A stretch of 64,000 nt of DNA, taken from contig CM052816.1 of the NCBI GenBank assembly GCA_028534125.1, positions 87,670,001-87,734,000 on the forward strand, read 5' to 3'. This DNA is from Lama glama (Eukaryota). This document shows, piece by piece, positions 37,587 through 50,060 of the stretch. The position numbers and the translations under genes were made by a program. The notes beneath the pieces were generated by a model. It searched no databases. It was not told the origin of the DNA and saw only the letters and a program-made list of their open reading frames with translations. Each line of letters starts with the position of its first letter. Position 1 is the first letter of the stretch.

Positions 37587-38404
37587 GTTAATTTGGGAAC
37601 CATTATCTATCTTAAAAATGGAAAAGAATAATTGCATCAACTATTCATTAAATGGAAAAGTGAAGGGAGATAAGAGTAAATATTTTAAAGTCTCAACACT
37701 AGAAGTGCAATCGGATTAGAAAATTGATAGCTTCCTTTAACCTTCATAATCCGGTCTTCTTTTAAGTCAATTACATAAAATAAAAGCTTCAAAATCTAGT
37801 ACAAGATCCTCACGGTGTTTGCTTGTAAACTAGGACTCCTTTTACAACTTGAGATTCACAGGCCCGTAGCCTGGTACCAGGGCTGGATGCTCTGAAGCGG
37901 CAGATTGTGCTCCCCCGGTGCTCGTTAATTATTCATGGTGACAAAAGATCCATCCCCGAGGCTGCACCTCGTCTTTGACCTTTTCACCTCTGCCGTGGTT
38001 AAGCCAGCACCTTTCTTTCTCTTGTCTTAAGAGGTCCTGTTTTCCTTTCAAAGAAAAAAAAAAAAAGCAGACATAGATGTTTATGTCAAATGAGAAAGGG
38101 GAGTTGCTGCAGGGCTTTGAGAAATTACCCCAACTCTGAAGTTTTGGCAGAAACAAATTAGAAGTTTCTCTGTGATATTGCACACTAAGGACTTGTTGTG
38201 CTTCCTTCCAAGAAAGTGTCTGGACATATTCACCTTGATCACAAAGTCATCAAGTTTCACAAAAGTTCTCACATATGTGATTCTCCTATAATGGTACAGG
38301 GAAGAAAGTTTAGAAAGAAAATGAACGGAAACTATATGCCTGCTAAAAATTAGCAAATTTAAATATAGATGGATAACTGGAAAATAGGTATTTTCCACTT
38401 AATC

Positions 38405-38841
38405 TGTTGATCATTTGAATTGTGCCCCTTCCTCCAAATTCCTGTGTTGAGATTCTAACGCTGACCCCTCCCCCCACCCCAGTACCTCAGAATGGGACCT
38501 TAATTGGAGACAGGGCCTTAAAAGAGATAATCAACTTTAAATGAGGTCATTGGGATGAGCCCCAACCCAGTATGGCTTGTGTACTTGTAGGAAGAGGGCA
38601 TTTGGATACAGACATGCATAGAGGGGTGCTTTAAAACGAGTTAGGGAAAAGACACCTGCATACAGGTCAAGGAGAGAGAGAGAGATTGGCCCTTACCTCA
38701 CAGCTCTCAGAAGGAGCAAACTTGGCTGACACCTTGATTATGGACTTCTGGCCTCCAGAAGTCTGAGACAACAGATGCCTGTTGTCTAAAAACTCACAGT
38801 TTACAGTAGTTTTATTATAGCAGCCCTAGCAAACTAACACA
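38405..38841 (+). mobile_element. MaLR solo LTR, MLT1B-like
   Basis: TTGAATTGTGCCCC, CCCAGTACCTCAGAATG, AAATGAGGTCATTGGG, GACTTCTGGCCTCCAGAA and GCAGCCCTAGCAAACTAACACA. Confidence 0.9.
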
Positions 38842-38949
38842 TGAGCCATTTAGTCTTCAGTTGAAACATACTTATTTGCTTTTCGCTCCTTGCTGGATAT
38901 AATTCAGAGTGCTCTGTAGAGTCACATGGCATTTAGGAGTAGTGGGTTT

Positions 38950-39092
38950 ATGTACCTGTTTGATGCTGACAGTTGTGCCAGCCCCTAACCCTCGTAAGAT
39001 TTTGATTCTATTGGTCTGAGTTAGGGTCCAAGAATGAGAACTTTTATTAAGTACTCCAGGTAACCCTAATCCTTAGGCAAGTTAGGGAAATT
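38950..39092. mobile_element. hAT-Charlie MER5-like fragment
   Basis: GATTTTGATTCTATTGGTCTGAGTTAGGGTCCAAGAAT...CTCCAGGTAA. Confidence 0.6.
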
Positions 39093-39292
39093 GTAATTTA
39101 CCTGTTGTTAAATCAGTAATGTAAAACAGTTACAAAATTTTCAGATATGTGAAAACAGAAAAAAGTGATGTGCTACATGAGAAAATTTGAATTATTTCTA
39201 GTATGTTAAACATTGTAAATATTTCACTATTTGGGAGAGAATATAAAAGCATGTATGTCTGTATCTATATCTAAAACCATATCATACAAATG

Positions 39293-39297
<5 letters not shown>

Positions 39298-39326
<29 letters not shown>
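39298..39326. repeat. (TA)n microsatellite
   Basis: Perfect TA run. Confidence 0.97.
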
Positions 39327-39329
<3 letters not shown>

Positions 39330-40079
39330 CATGTTCCTATACCTTTATCTATTTATATGAGATAGCAATCAGATACAATGTTTTATTATAAATTTTGCAT
39401 AAAAGAAGAGAAATTAAGATAAAAAGGTTTTATAGTTTTAAAACTATACACTTAGTACTAAAGACGTCATAGGTGTCTTAAACAAAACTTATTGTGAACT
39501 ATAGAATACAAATGCTCTTATAAACTTCGTAATAAAAGTGAAATAAGTTCTATTTTCAGGTGGCACTACCTAGTTCTGTGAACCTGGCGTATACTTCCCA
39601 GCTATTCAAAAGGACCAGACTTCTCTCTGTGGGATCCTGTAGTTACTGAAAGTAGAATTTCCACTGTTGGGATGTTGAGTCTTGATTTATAGATGAAGCT
39701 AAGTCATTTGAACTTGAATTATCTTAAAGACGAATGCTGACATTAGGGAATTCTCATCTACGTTTTAGAGGCATAGAACTTTAGACTCAGGATTGTGCTT
39801 TCTTCCCCCCATCAAAGCGCTACAAACCATGTTAAAGAAAGAAAGAAAGAAAGAAGCAAAAAACAAACCAAATGAAAACAAAATAACATTTCTGAGATTG
39901 TTCAGGGGAAAAATAGTCCTAATCGCATTAATGATTTATAGAAGTGAACCTGGTTGTCTTTGATAGAATACACAGTAGGGGCGGAGGAAGTGAATTACAA
40001 ATATGAGTTCTGTTTAGTCATTAGACATCATTCAGACATTCTATTAGGTATCATATTTAGACATTATATCCATGGTTTC

Positions 40080-40400
40080 CTTTTATTCAACCAGTACTAG
40101 CTGAACAGTACTGCCATTGTTCTAAACACTGACAATATGGTGTCAAAAGGGAGACCAAGTCTCTCCTCTCAGTGAGCCCACTTTTCTAGTGCAGGAAGGA
40201 GAAAATGAATTCCTCAACCAAAAAATTAAAATATAATGTCAGGTAGGCATAACTAAAAATAAATAGAAAGCAGCCTGAAACAGGAAGTGGGATGAGAATT
40301 TAGGTGGTTTCATCATGAAAGGTGATCAGAAGCAGCAGCATGTGAGTGGAGATGTGCGTGAGCCATGGGGGACCATGCCCCGGGCAGTGTTTCACAGGGA
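40080..40400 (-). mobile_element. L2 3' part, left of the foreign insert
   Basis: TTATTCAAC...CATTGTTCTAAACACTG...TTCTAGTGCAGG...GTGAGCCATG. Confidence 0.65.
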
Positions 40401-40819
40401 GCCCCTCATGGGGGTGGCTGACCCAAGAGAATACACCATCTCTCTCAGTATGTGACATGTGAACACAAGCTGGCCTGACAAGGCACCCCCTTCCCCACCA
40501 TGGGTCTGTTCTCACCTCGGATCAGGGTGAGCCTGAGGCCAGCCGCCTCTGCGGGCAACAAGGAGCGACAGCTCTTGAACCCGGGAGAGGACAGTCCTGT
40601 CGGGCGCCCCAGGGAGCTTCTCAGTGTCTCGTTTTTCCCACTCAGGATGTCTAAGGAGTTCTAAGTGTCTCTCAAACGGCACCAAATTAGCAGAGGGGAG
40701 GAAATAAGAGTTGCTGTACATCCACTTTGGGGATTTGGGGGAGCCACACTGACACCAAAGCCCCCTCTTTTTCCATCTTACAATTTCAGAGGCCAGTGGT
40801 TTTCTCCTCTCTGCCCTCC

Positions 40820-41160
40820 CTCCTACACACACATACACACCCCACCACACACAAATGCACAGCCTCGTACAGTGTATCACACTTTCTCATTCAAGCTCTG
40901 CTCTGCACCCTCACACACTCACACAAATACACACACACACTCTTATTTGCTCTCATGCTCATGGACACACAACCACAAAACTCTCACACAGTGTCACTCA
41001 CACTCAGTCACGAAGATTCACTCGTATCCCCCCAAAACACACACCCTCAATCACTCACCTTCTCTCCGGCACCCCCGGGGACACACCCCAACACAAACTG
41101 CCACACTCGCAGTCAGACCTTGTCAAACATGCTCTCACACTTAACACAAACCCTCACACG
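40820..41160. repeat. CA-rich low-complexity tract
   Basis: Degenerate CACAC/CTCAC repeats that give the His/Thr-rich spurious ORFs. Confidence 0.85.
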
Positions 41161-41419
41161 ATCAGAGGTACTCTCATTCAGTTACCTCCTTGGGTCTTTC
41201 TGTCCAGTTCAGCCTTGGGGTGACCATCTTCCCATCATCCCCATGTCCTCCTTGGGTTACTGGATTTCAGAAAAACATTTTTTAAAAACCCCATATCATT
41301 CAAAAAGGAAAAGAAGAAACACTTTGTGTCTCACTTATCGGTGATCTGCAGGGTCTTCTAAAACACAGGGTTAGGGAGAGGGGTTACCAACCTCTGACTG
41401 AGGTCTATAGATAGCGAGG

Positions 41420-41640
41420 CTCCCAGGCCCTGCTGCAATGAAAGCTTTGGCAGATTCAAGAAAAAATAAGATCACCAGTTGCATGAAGCTGATTTAGTCA
41501 AGATAAGAATAAAAACTGGGATCTAAGTAATGATGAGAAGGCAGATCACGTGAGGTTCTGTGAACGGTGATAAGGAGTCTGAACACATTTTACTAAAAGG
41601 GAGAGATGTTTAAGTAAAGAAGGGTTTTTCCATAATGGCA
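41420..41640 (-). mobile_element. L2 continuation, right of the foreign insert
   Basis: AGGCCCTG...TTGGCAGATTCAAG...CAGATCACGTGAGG...TAAGGAGTCTG. Confidence 0.6.
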
Positions 41641-41762
41641 CTTACTGTAAGAGGTGAGGAAGGACAAGGGCCAATGAAAGACAAAAAAAGACAACGAAAT
41701 AAAAAGACAATACAATTTTTGAATTTTAATGTAACATAATTTTATTACATGACATTCAGTCA

Positions 41763-42086
41763 TGTCTACGGACTGAATGTTTGTGCTCCTAAAATCCTGT
41801 GTGGAATCCTTCACTCCTGATGTGACAGTATTTGGAGGTGGAGTCTGTGGGAGGTAATGAGGTTTAAATTAGAGCATGGAAGTGAAGCCCTAGAGATGGG
41901 ATTCGTCCCCTTATAAGAAGAGGAAGAGACAGGAGAGCTCACTGTCCCCAAGGAAAGGCCACTCGGGGACACACAGCAGGAGGGCAGCTGTCTCCTTCCA
42001 GCCTCCAGAACTGTGAGAAGTAAAGGCCGTTTTTAAGCCACCCAGTATGTGATATTCTGTTATGACAGCCCAAGCTGACTAAGACC
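41763..42086 (+). mobile_element. MaLR solo LTR, MLT1A-like
   Basis: GGACTGAATGTTTGTG, GTATTTGGAGGTGG, CCTTATAAGAAGAG, CCAGCCTCCAGAACTGTGAGAA and GCTGACTAAGAC. Confidence 0.9.
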
Positions 42087-42739
42087 ACCATGGGACAGTG
42101 TTACAGACTGAAATAGAAATTTAACATTTAGGAGAAATTAGTGAATATATTCTTTTTCCTAAAGGCTGTGTATTCTGAATTGGGTTTTAAAAAAATCATC
42201 TGTCCCTTTTACTATTGCTATAAAATGATACCTACTTTGACATCATTAAACAGTAGAAAGAATAAATAACACTAAATGTATCTAGTAAATTAATTTATTC
42301 ATAATTAATAAATAATTTGATTACATGATTTATATAATTCAGTGGCTCCACTTTTAAGAACTGTATGTAAATATTCTCAAAACTTTATTTACAGTTTGAA
42401 TGAGGATATTTTAGCTTTCCTATATTTCCCACCTAACATTACATATAATATATATATGCTTTTATTTTGATTGATTTAAATCCTCTTTCATCTGTTCATT
42501 ATTCAACAAACATTTTTGAACAGTTACACACTAGGCATTTGGCTACCACTAAATGTTCTTACGTATTTTCTGTAAAATTAGCTTTTAGATCTGGGCAGAA
42601 ATCCATTGGGTATATATACTTTTATTTAAATAACCCCACATTGCAAGACTTTTTGGTACATAGTGCTGTTACATATTTGAACTAACAGAATAGTGTACAT
42701 TTAATATAATTTTCACTAAGATCTTAAAAAGGCATTGAG

Positions 42740-43100
42740 AAATCGATCATTGATTATTTAAGTTTCTATATAAAAACTGCCAATATCCTATTCAAAAGCA
42801 TTGTGCTGTTTACACACACACACACACACACACTCTCACACAATTATGAGAGTGATCCTTTACAGCTTATTGTTGCCAGCCTTGGTTAATATATTTTGCT
42901 AATTAGATCTGTGAAAAATGTATCATTCATTATTTTGTCTCTTATTTTCTTTACTTGTCTCTGTTTGACCATTTTTCTTGATTTATTGCTAATTGTATGT
43001 TTGTAAATTATATGTTTGTGGTCTGCCTGTTCATTTACTAGAATCACAGTTGCTTCCTTCTTACATTGTTTCTTCACTTAATGATATATTCTCTTGGCAT
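42740..43100 (-). mobile_element. Ancient L1M(E) fragment with internal (CA)n
   Basis: AAACTGCCAA...TTTACAC...ATGAGAGT and TGCCTGTTCAT resemble the antisense end of L1 ORF2. Similar degraded pieces lie near 43750-44110 and 44560-44820. Confidence 0.55.
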
Positions 43101-46100
43101 CTTTACTGAAACAAATTTTCCATAATAGATTTTGGTCAGGATTTATAAACTTACAAATTGCTCAATTAACTAAATTAACAATATTTATATGGAGAGAGGT
43201 TGGGCTCTTTTCTGCTTTGGTGGACACTCTCCTAGTGATTTTTCATGTGTTTTTTTGCATGGTGTGAATTTACCTTCAGGGTGTGTCATCCTCTCTGAGA
43301 GTTTTGCAGGTGTCCTGTGTTCATAAATATTCCTATGGGCAGATTTTTTTTTTTAATTCTGCTGGGATACACTGGATTGTATTGGTTCTAGTTTGATTTT
43401 CATGGTAATGTCTCCTGACATTCAAGTTCTCATAAGGATGGGTACACCTGAATAACTCCTGATTTTCCTTTCAATGGTTGTTTTGCCACCATGCAGGCAG
43501 CCAGACTCCATGCCATGTCCCCGGGCCAGGGGTATTTTTCTAGTTCCAATTTAAAACACTGAAAGTCCCTTCTTAACTCAGGATTATGTAGGAAGCCCAC
43601 TTCCAACCACCTAGTTGCTGAGTGCAGCCTCACACCCCAGTATTCCACAGACATTCAGTACCAGCTCTTATGATGTGTTTTTAATCCCTCTCCTTCCTCC
43701 CTCTTTGTTTCTGGCAACTGGTTTCTGATCTTTGCTTTTCACTCAACTACATACTTTTTAATATTTTTGATATAGTATTTCTCAAACTTATCAATGGATA
43801 ATTTTCTTTTAATATCCTTAACAAATTCTTTATTCCATAATGCATATTTTTGAGAGTTATTTTTGTCATTTCTGTTAACCCTCAAAGATTCATAAGCTAT
43901 CATTCTTTCAGTGTTTGATAAACATTCCTTATAATATATTTCAGTTTGTTTTCGGTGACATTTTGGTTTACCTGGAATGGATGAATGTATTGTATGAGGT
44001 AATTTGTACAATGAGGTAAGGCTTTGAGTTGTTATTTTCCAGTTGGTAAAAAACTTCAGCAGTATTTATTGAATACCCTTCCCTCACTCTTTCCTGTGTT
44101 ATTAGTATGTTTATATAATGTTTAATACATTTCTATAAAAACCGAGACGTATAATGATAAAAACTAAAAAGACCACTAAGATTGTCTCCTGGTTAACCAC
44201 AATTGAAATAAGTAAATAAATAAATAATATGCAAATAAAGAAGCAAAAGAAATGAAGTGAGATAGTAAATCTTTCATCACCCTCCACCCACTGCCTTCCC
44301 AAAGGTTTGTATTTGTTATTTGTATTGAACTACAACTATTTTCACAGAGGTAATCGTTCATAGTACACACATTTTTCTGTAGATAGCTGTTTCTTTATTT
44401 AAAGTATTTTTTAGCCCTTAGAGATCTACCTCCTTCTTTCATGAATGCACAGGTTTTTTTGGCTTATTTGTTTTAGCCTATGAATGATCTATAGTCTATT
44501 TAACAGGTTGGCCTCACTTGAATATATTTCTGCTTTTCCTAACAGGAGCAAAATGACTATCCTGTACTCGCTTCTTTTGATCATTGAGTCAAAAATAAAG
44601 CATGTTTAAATATTGCTAGATATTGCCAACTGCTCCCTAGAAGAGTCGCATCCATCAATTTAAATTATCACCCAAAGACTGTGAACATTTTCATTTCTTA
44701 TGCCTTTGATATTGCTGGATATTATGAAACTTCTTAAATTGTCATAAGTGGAAAGTTAAAGTTCGATTTCTGCTTTGATTTGCATGGCCACATGATGAGT
44801 AATTTTTGAGCCATTCTTTAAAATTCTGACTAATGAGATTCAAAATTAAACCAAATAGTATTATACAATGATTTTTGTTTTTATTCATATTTTTCCTTTC
44901 CAAAGAAACAGAAAAATTCTCTAGGTTTTCTAGTGTCTTTCCTAGCGCTGTAATGTTTTAAACTTGATATTCACTATTGCCTTTAGTTTCTACTTTTGCC
45001 TATTTGCTGAACTTGCTTTATCTGATTTTCCATGTATTTATTTGAGAAGTCATTTATTTATTAATTCACAATTATTTCTTTGCCTCATTTTATGTATTAA
45101 TTATTTTCTTCTTTTAAAGTCATTATTTTCCTTATTATTTTTCTAATATGCTCCATAAAAATAGGTTTTTCTCTTCCACATGCTGCAATTTTCTAGCAAA
45201 ATAATTTTCTATATTTATATTCTTATCACAGTCAATACATCTCATTCATTCATTCAAAGCTCATTCAAAAACTAACTCAACTAACAGAGATCCTTGGTCT
45301 TTATGCTTTTGGCTCACACCATTGTTGAATTATTTGGATGATATATTCTTGAGCTTTTTATTTAATTAAATATACTAATTTGAAATACACTAATTTTTTA
45401 CTGATTGTGTAAGATTATATAAGACACATAATAACTGCAATCTTAATTTTGGGATTAAACTAAGAATCAAATATTATATGGTTCATAATTATTTTCATTT
45501 GAAAATATTCTATAAACTGCATTATACATCAAACAAACCAAACAAATACAAGATAGGTAAATCAGAAAATTTTTTTCATGACCTGATATGATGAGGTGTC
45601 TTTTTAAGATGAAAAACTAAAACATGAGTAGTAGATGATTAATTTTTTAATAACAGAAGAGTTCACATTGTCCTGTGGAAATTCTTAGAGAGACACCTGA
45701 AACAGCTGGACACTAATTCTCTTGCTGAGGGTACAGTTTAGCCTCATACCATGATAATAGCAATAAAGTTAATTATCTCATTACAGCCATGCCAACATTT
45801 TTGTAGTGCTCTTAAATGGAAATACTTATTCAAGGTGCATGAAAGGGAGCAGATTTTAATAGATTTTTTAAAATGATGTTTCTGTCATTCAGGTTTTTTT
45901 TAAGTTGAAATGAACAGGAAACATGATTGACTATAATGGAAATAGATTAAAAGGAACAATAGAACAGAAACACTTTTGAGCCTCACATTAAATATGAAAT
46001 AATTTTAATCTGAGTGTGTAAAGTGAGTGTTATAGAAATATAAGTATAAACTAGCATGAATCATTAAAATATCTAAAATGATGCATTATTTATTAAATTT

Positions 46101-46282
46101 GGAAAGAATACTATCAACTTTGGGATGTTAACATTTTCAAAACTCAGACCTATTAATTATGTAACAGTAGCTGTGTAATAATTAAATCCTCAACATTTGG
46201 CCAGTCAGCTAAAATCTATGATGCATTCCAAAGTGTTTACTCCTCTTCTGGAGACAGAAGGGGGTCATACTTAGTAAGGTGC

Positions 46283-46714
46283 TGTTATAGGTCGAATTGT
46301 AGCTGAAAAAAGGGTGCATGGAAGCCTTAATCCAGAATACTTACGAATGTTACCTTAATAGGAGTAGAGTTTTTGCACACATAATTGAATTAAGATTAGG
46401 TCGTTAGGGTGGGTCTCAATCGAACAGGACTGGTGTCTTTATAAGAGAACATAGAGACACACAAGGGAAAGATGGCCATGTGACAGTAGAAACAGAAATT
46501 GGAGTGATGTATTTGCAAGCCAAGGAATTCCAAGAGTTGCTAGCAAACCACCATAAACTAGTAAGAGGTGGGGAAGGATTCTCTCTTAAAGATTTCAGAG
46601 AGAGCATGGCCTCGCTGACACCATAATTTCAGAGCTGTGAGGTAATACATTTCTGTTGTTTTCAGGCACCCAGATTGTGGCATTTTGTCCTGGCATCCCT
46701 AGGGAACTAATACA
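46283..46714 (+). mobile_element. MaLR solo LTR, MLT1C-like
   Basis: TGTTATAGGTCGAATTGT...GACTGGTGTCTTTATAAG...ATTGGAGTGATG...CAAGCCAAGGAA...CCCTAGGGAACTAATACA. Flanks GGTGC and GGCGT could be a decayed 5-bp TSD. Confidence 0.9.
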
Positions 46715-47531
46715 GGCGTGCAGCATTTGGAATATATCCCCTGGCAATTACACGCGCATTTGTTTGGCAAAGAAAAATGACTTGGCTTTGGATGAATTCC
46801 ACTCATGCTCAAAGTTTCAGAATCTAGGACAATGTCTGGGGTCTCTTACAGCTTTCACGTCAGGGAAGGGGCTCAGAATTTTCAGGATATAAATTTACCT
46901 TGGTTTCTTCTACTTTAGAAAAAAATCACTTCCATGGCACTAAAAAGAATCCTTGAATAATTCAGTTCGGATTAACCAGGCTGAAGAACCAAGCTTACTC
47001 AAAACTGTTGTCCAACCTCTCGATCTACTTTGCTATGATTACCATACTCGTCTTTGTGCCTTGAAGCTCAGTAAAAGTCATCCATGCATAGATTCTGTAC
47101 TTCGAGGTGATATATATCTTAAACTGAAGAAAACATGTCAGGATTTTGCATAAATTATTTCACAATTGAAACTTGTATGAGCTAATTCATTTATATCATG
47201 AACATAATTTAAATGAGATTTAACCTTCATAAGTTTCAAAGTCTTCTACAGAAATGCTTTTCCATTGAAAGACTTTTAGAACTAAAAGGAGCAGGTCAGA
47301 GTTACACTAACACATCAATAATTTTTCAGGTAACTGGTGTTTTGTCCAGCTTTATGCTGTTTAATTTAAGAATACACAGTACACAATACAACATGATTCC
47401 CACTTTTGAACACCTCAAATTTAGTTGACAATTTAAAGCTAACAAATATATGTTAAATATACTGAGAGTATCAATATAAGAGGTTCACATGACCTGGAAT
47501 AACTTCATTTTATGTCTTAGACCTTTAAGTT

Positions 47532-47842
47532 CAAGTGAGGAGTAGGTTCATGAGAGCTGACCAGTAAATTCTCAGGAATTTTGCAGAGTGAATGTTAAAC
47601 TCCTTTGTTTATAATTGTTTTACTACATTTTGCTATTTATTATCTATGTTCTGTATTTTTTTTTATCCATTGCATTTTGTGGCAGCAATACTATATAATG
47701 GGGTGCTATTAAACGTCTCTTGCCAACTCTGACCGTGCTGCTGGGAGTTACAGACCAGAAACTGGCAAATGTTGCTAATCTTTTTTTTTTTCTTTCTTTT
47801 TTTGGAGAGCCAGTTGTTAAACATAAAGTAGCATCCCACTTT
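47532..47842 (+). mobile_element. hAT-Blackjack MER63-like
   Basis: ATGAGAGCTGACCAGTAAATTCTCAGGAATTTTGC, TCTCTTGCCAACTC, GAAACTGGCAAATG and GAGAGCCAGTTGTTAAACAT. Confidence 0.75.
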
Positions 47843-48149
47843 GTAAAGCATGCAGAACTTCTCAGCTTCCATGGACATTGTGTGTTACATCCTCTTTTTA
47901 AAATCTCTTCCTTCACTTAGCTTATTTTTTCCAATTATTTATACTCTGATCACAAATGGCCTTTATTAAAGAATGCATATTCTTGTGATTCAAAACCAAA
48001 TATTTAAAAGAATGTTATACCTAATCAAAATTGACATGAAAGTGTATGATTTAAAATTGTAATAAAAAGCAAATAGACATTTGAAGACATTTGTCTCATT
48101 TTAGAAAATATAGGCTTTAAGGATTTAAAAGTAACCTTCCAAGCTCATT

Positions 48150-49075
48150 GCCAGATTGAAACCACCTCACGTCCCCAGCTTTCCTGTCTCCCTGGGGGCC
48201 CATTACCAAAAACTCGAAATGTCTGCCTCAGTCCTGGCACTTCTCTCTCATTCCCACTCAGTGTAGGGAATTTCAACCATTCCCATGGTGTTAAATGCCA
48301 CTTATGTGCTGATCACTTCCAGATTTCTGCTTCTGTCTCAAACTTCTGCTCTGAAATCCATGAAATCATATATATAGATAGATATCTATAATTGACCTTT
48401 TCTCTTGTATCTTTCATAGCATGGTTCTCAAACGTCAGCTTTTGTTAACGCCATCTAGGGTGTTTGTTAAAATTCAGATACTGGGCCTCGACCTGCAGAA
48501 TTTCGGAATCAGTATTTCTGGGTGTGGGCCTGAGTATTAATGTCTAACGACTTCCCAGGTAATGCTTATGAGCCAAGGACTTGCTTACAGGTATTTAAAC
48601 CCGTCATTTCTAAAATGACCTGTTGATTTATTCAGTTAGCCAGCTGCTCTGTTTTTACCCATCTCAGTACATGTTAATAAACTTCTATTTTTCCCACCCC
48701 ATTAGCTGGTATCACGCTGGTGCAAACTTCCATGAACTTTCACCTGGACACCTACAATAGCTACAGGATGTGTTGCTTCTAACCTCCCCTCTTAAAGCAG
48801 TTTACATCACAGCCAACATAAATTTTTTTAAAACCTATATTTCACTTTTATTTAATATTCCCAAGGTTTCTCATTATATTTTAAACAAAATCTACAAAGA
48901 TCTCCATATCGTCCCCTTGCTGACCTCTCAGGTCACATTTTCTTCTTCTCCTCCATTCCTTCACTTGATTTCCAGAAAGCTCTGTGAACATGCCAAGCAT
49001 CTTTCTCCTTTCAGGCTCTTTTCACGGACTCTTTCTTCTCTTTTGTAGGGGTCTCATTAGTATTGCTCAACTTTC
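48150..49075 (+). mobile_element. L2 fragment interrupted by MER5A
   Basis: TCAGTCCTGGCACTTCTCTC, CCCATGGTGTTAAATGCCACTTATGTGCTGATCACTTCCA, TTTCACCTGGAC and GAACATGCCAAGCA. Confidence 0.7.
48418..48590. mobile_element. hAT-Charlie MER5A
   Basis: GGTTCTCAAAC...TTGTTAAAATTCAGATACTGGGCC...GAATCAG...CTGGGTGTGGGCCTG...CCCAGGTAATGCTTATG. Confidence 0.8.
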
Positions 49076-49589
49076 AAAGACAATTTAAAATTAAATGTGG
49101 AATATTCATATATCAAAAGAGCTTAAGAGATATTTTACGATGATATATGAAAAACTTACTCTTCTCTTAATGCAGAAATCATGTTTCATCCTAAAATCCA
49201 AATTGAACTATAAGCTTAATGAAACTTGTTCATTTCTAATGATGAAAATGAAGGCAAATTCAGATTTCTCTTCTGCACCACCCCCACAGACTGCAAGTTT
49301 TAATGAGACAGCAAGATAATTCAAGGAATGCATTATGTATTAATAACTGAATTTTGTCTACATTGAATATGCACTTAAAGATTTTTTTAAAGTAGTATTT
49401 TCCAGTTTCAACTTTTGCTTCATATTTTACTGCTATAAATGACATCTCATATTCAAAATGTTAAATGTCTTTCACATTTTGGGTTGTATAATAATTTTAA
49501 ATATCAAATATTCATGGATTAATGAAAACTGCAATAGCGATATTAAATACTATACTTTCTTTCAAAATGGTCACACTTTAAGTCCACAG

Positions 49590-50060
49590 TGGCAAGCAGA
49601 TCTTCCAAGATAGGTAAATCAGAACTTTTAGCCAGGACAGGATTGATTTTATTTGAAATAAGATGGAAACCATTGGTGGATCTGAAGCAGAGAAATTATG
49701 TCATGTAAAGAATTATTTGATCAACCAGGTAATATGGGGCAAGAATGGGGGCAAGATATGAAATTATTGCAATAGCCCAAGATTATCTAATACTAAGAAA
49801 GGATGAAAATATGGACAGAGAGAGAATATGACCTTAAAGTCAGAAAAAATACACTAAAATACATTGATATGAAGGATAAGGAAAGATGAATAAATGTAAT
49901 CTCTATATTTTTGGCTGGAGCAACTAGATGAAGTGGGGTGTTCTTTGTCACAGAGGATGTTCATTGAGCAGACTTCAGAAGGAACTTAAATCCATATTTC
50001 TGATTTGGCTATAGTCATTTTCAGCTTTTACATGCTCATTCTTGTGGAGATATTAAATAT
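49590..50060 (-). mobile_element. L2 fragment
   Basis: GATGGAAACCATTGGTGGATCTGAAGCAG, TATTGCAATAGCCCAAG and TTTTGGCTGGAGCAACTAG. Confidence 0.7.

Noticed and set aside
37458..37719. ORFs with YIYIYI repeats
   Set aside because: Translation of the (TA)n microsatellite.
40512..41344. Four overlapping ORFs of 122-205 aa
   Set aside because: They arise from stop-poor CA/TG low-complexity and GC-rich sequence. The translations are His/Thr or Val/Cys-rich with no recognisable domain.
47315..47338. TTTTTCAG|GTAACT as a recursive splice site
   Set aside because: Short pyrimidine tract, non-consensus donor and no host gene established.
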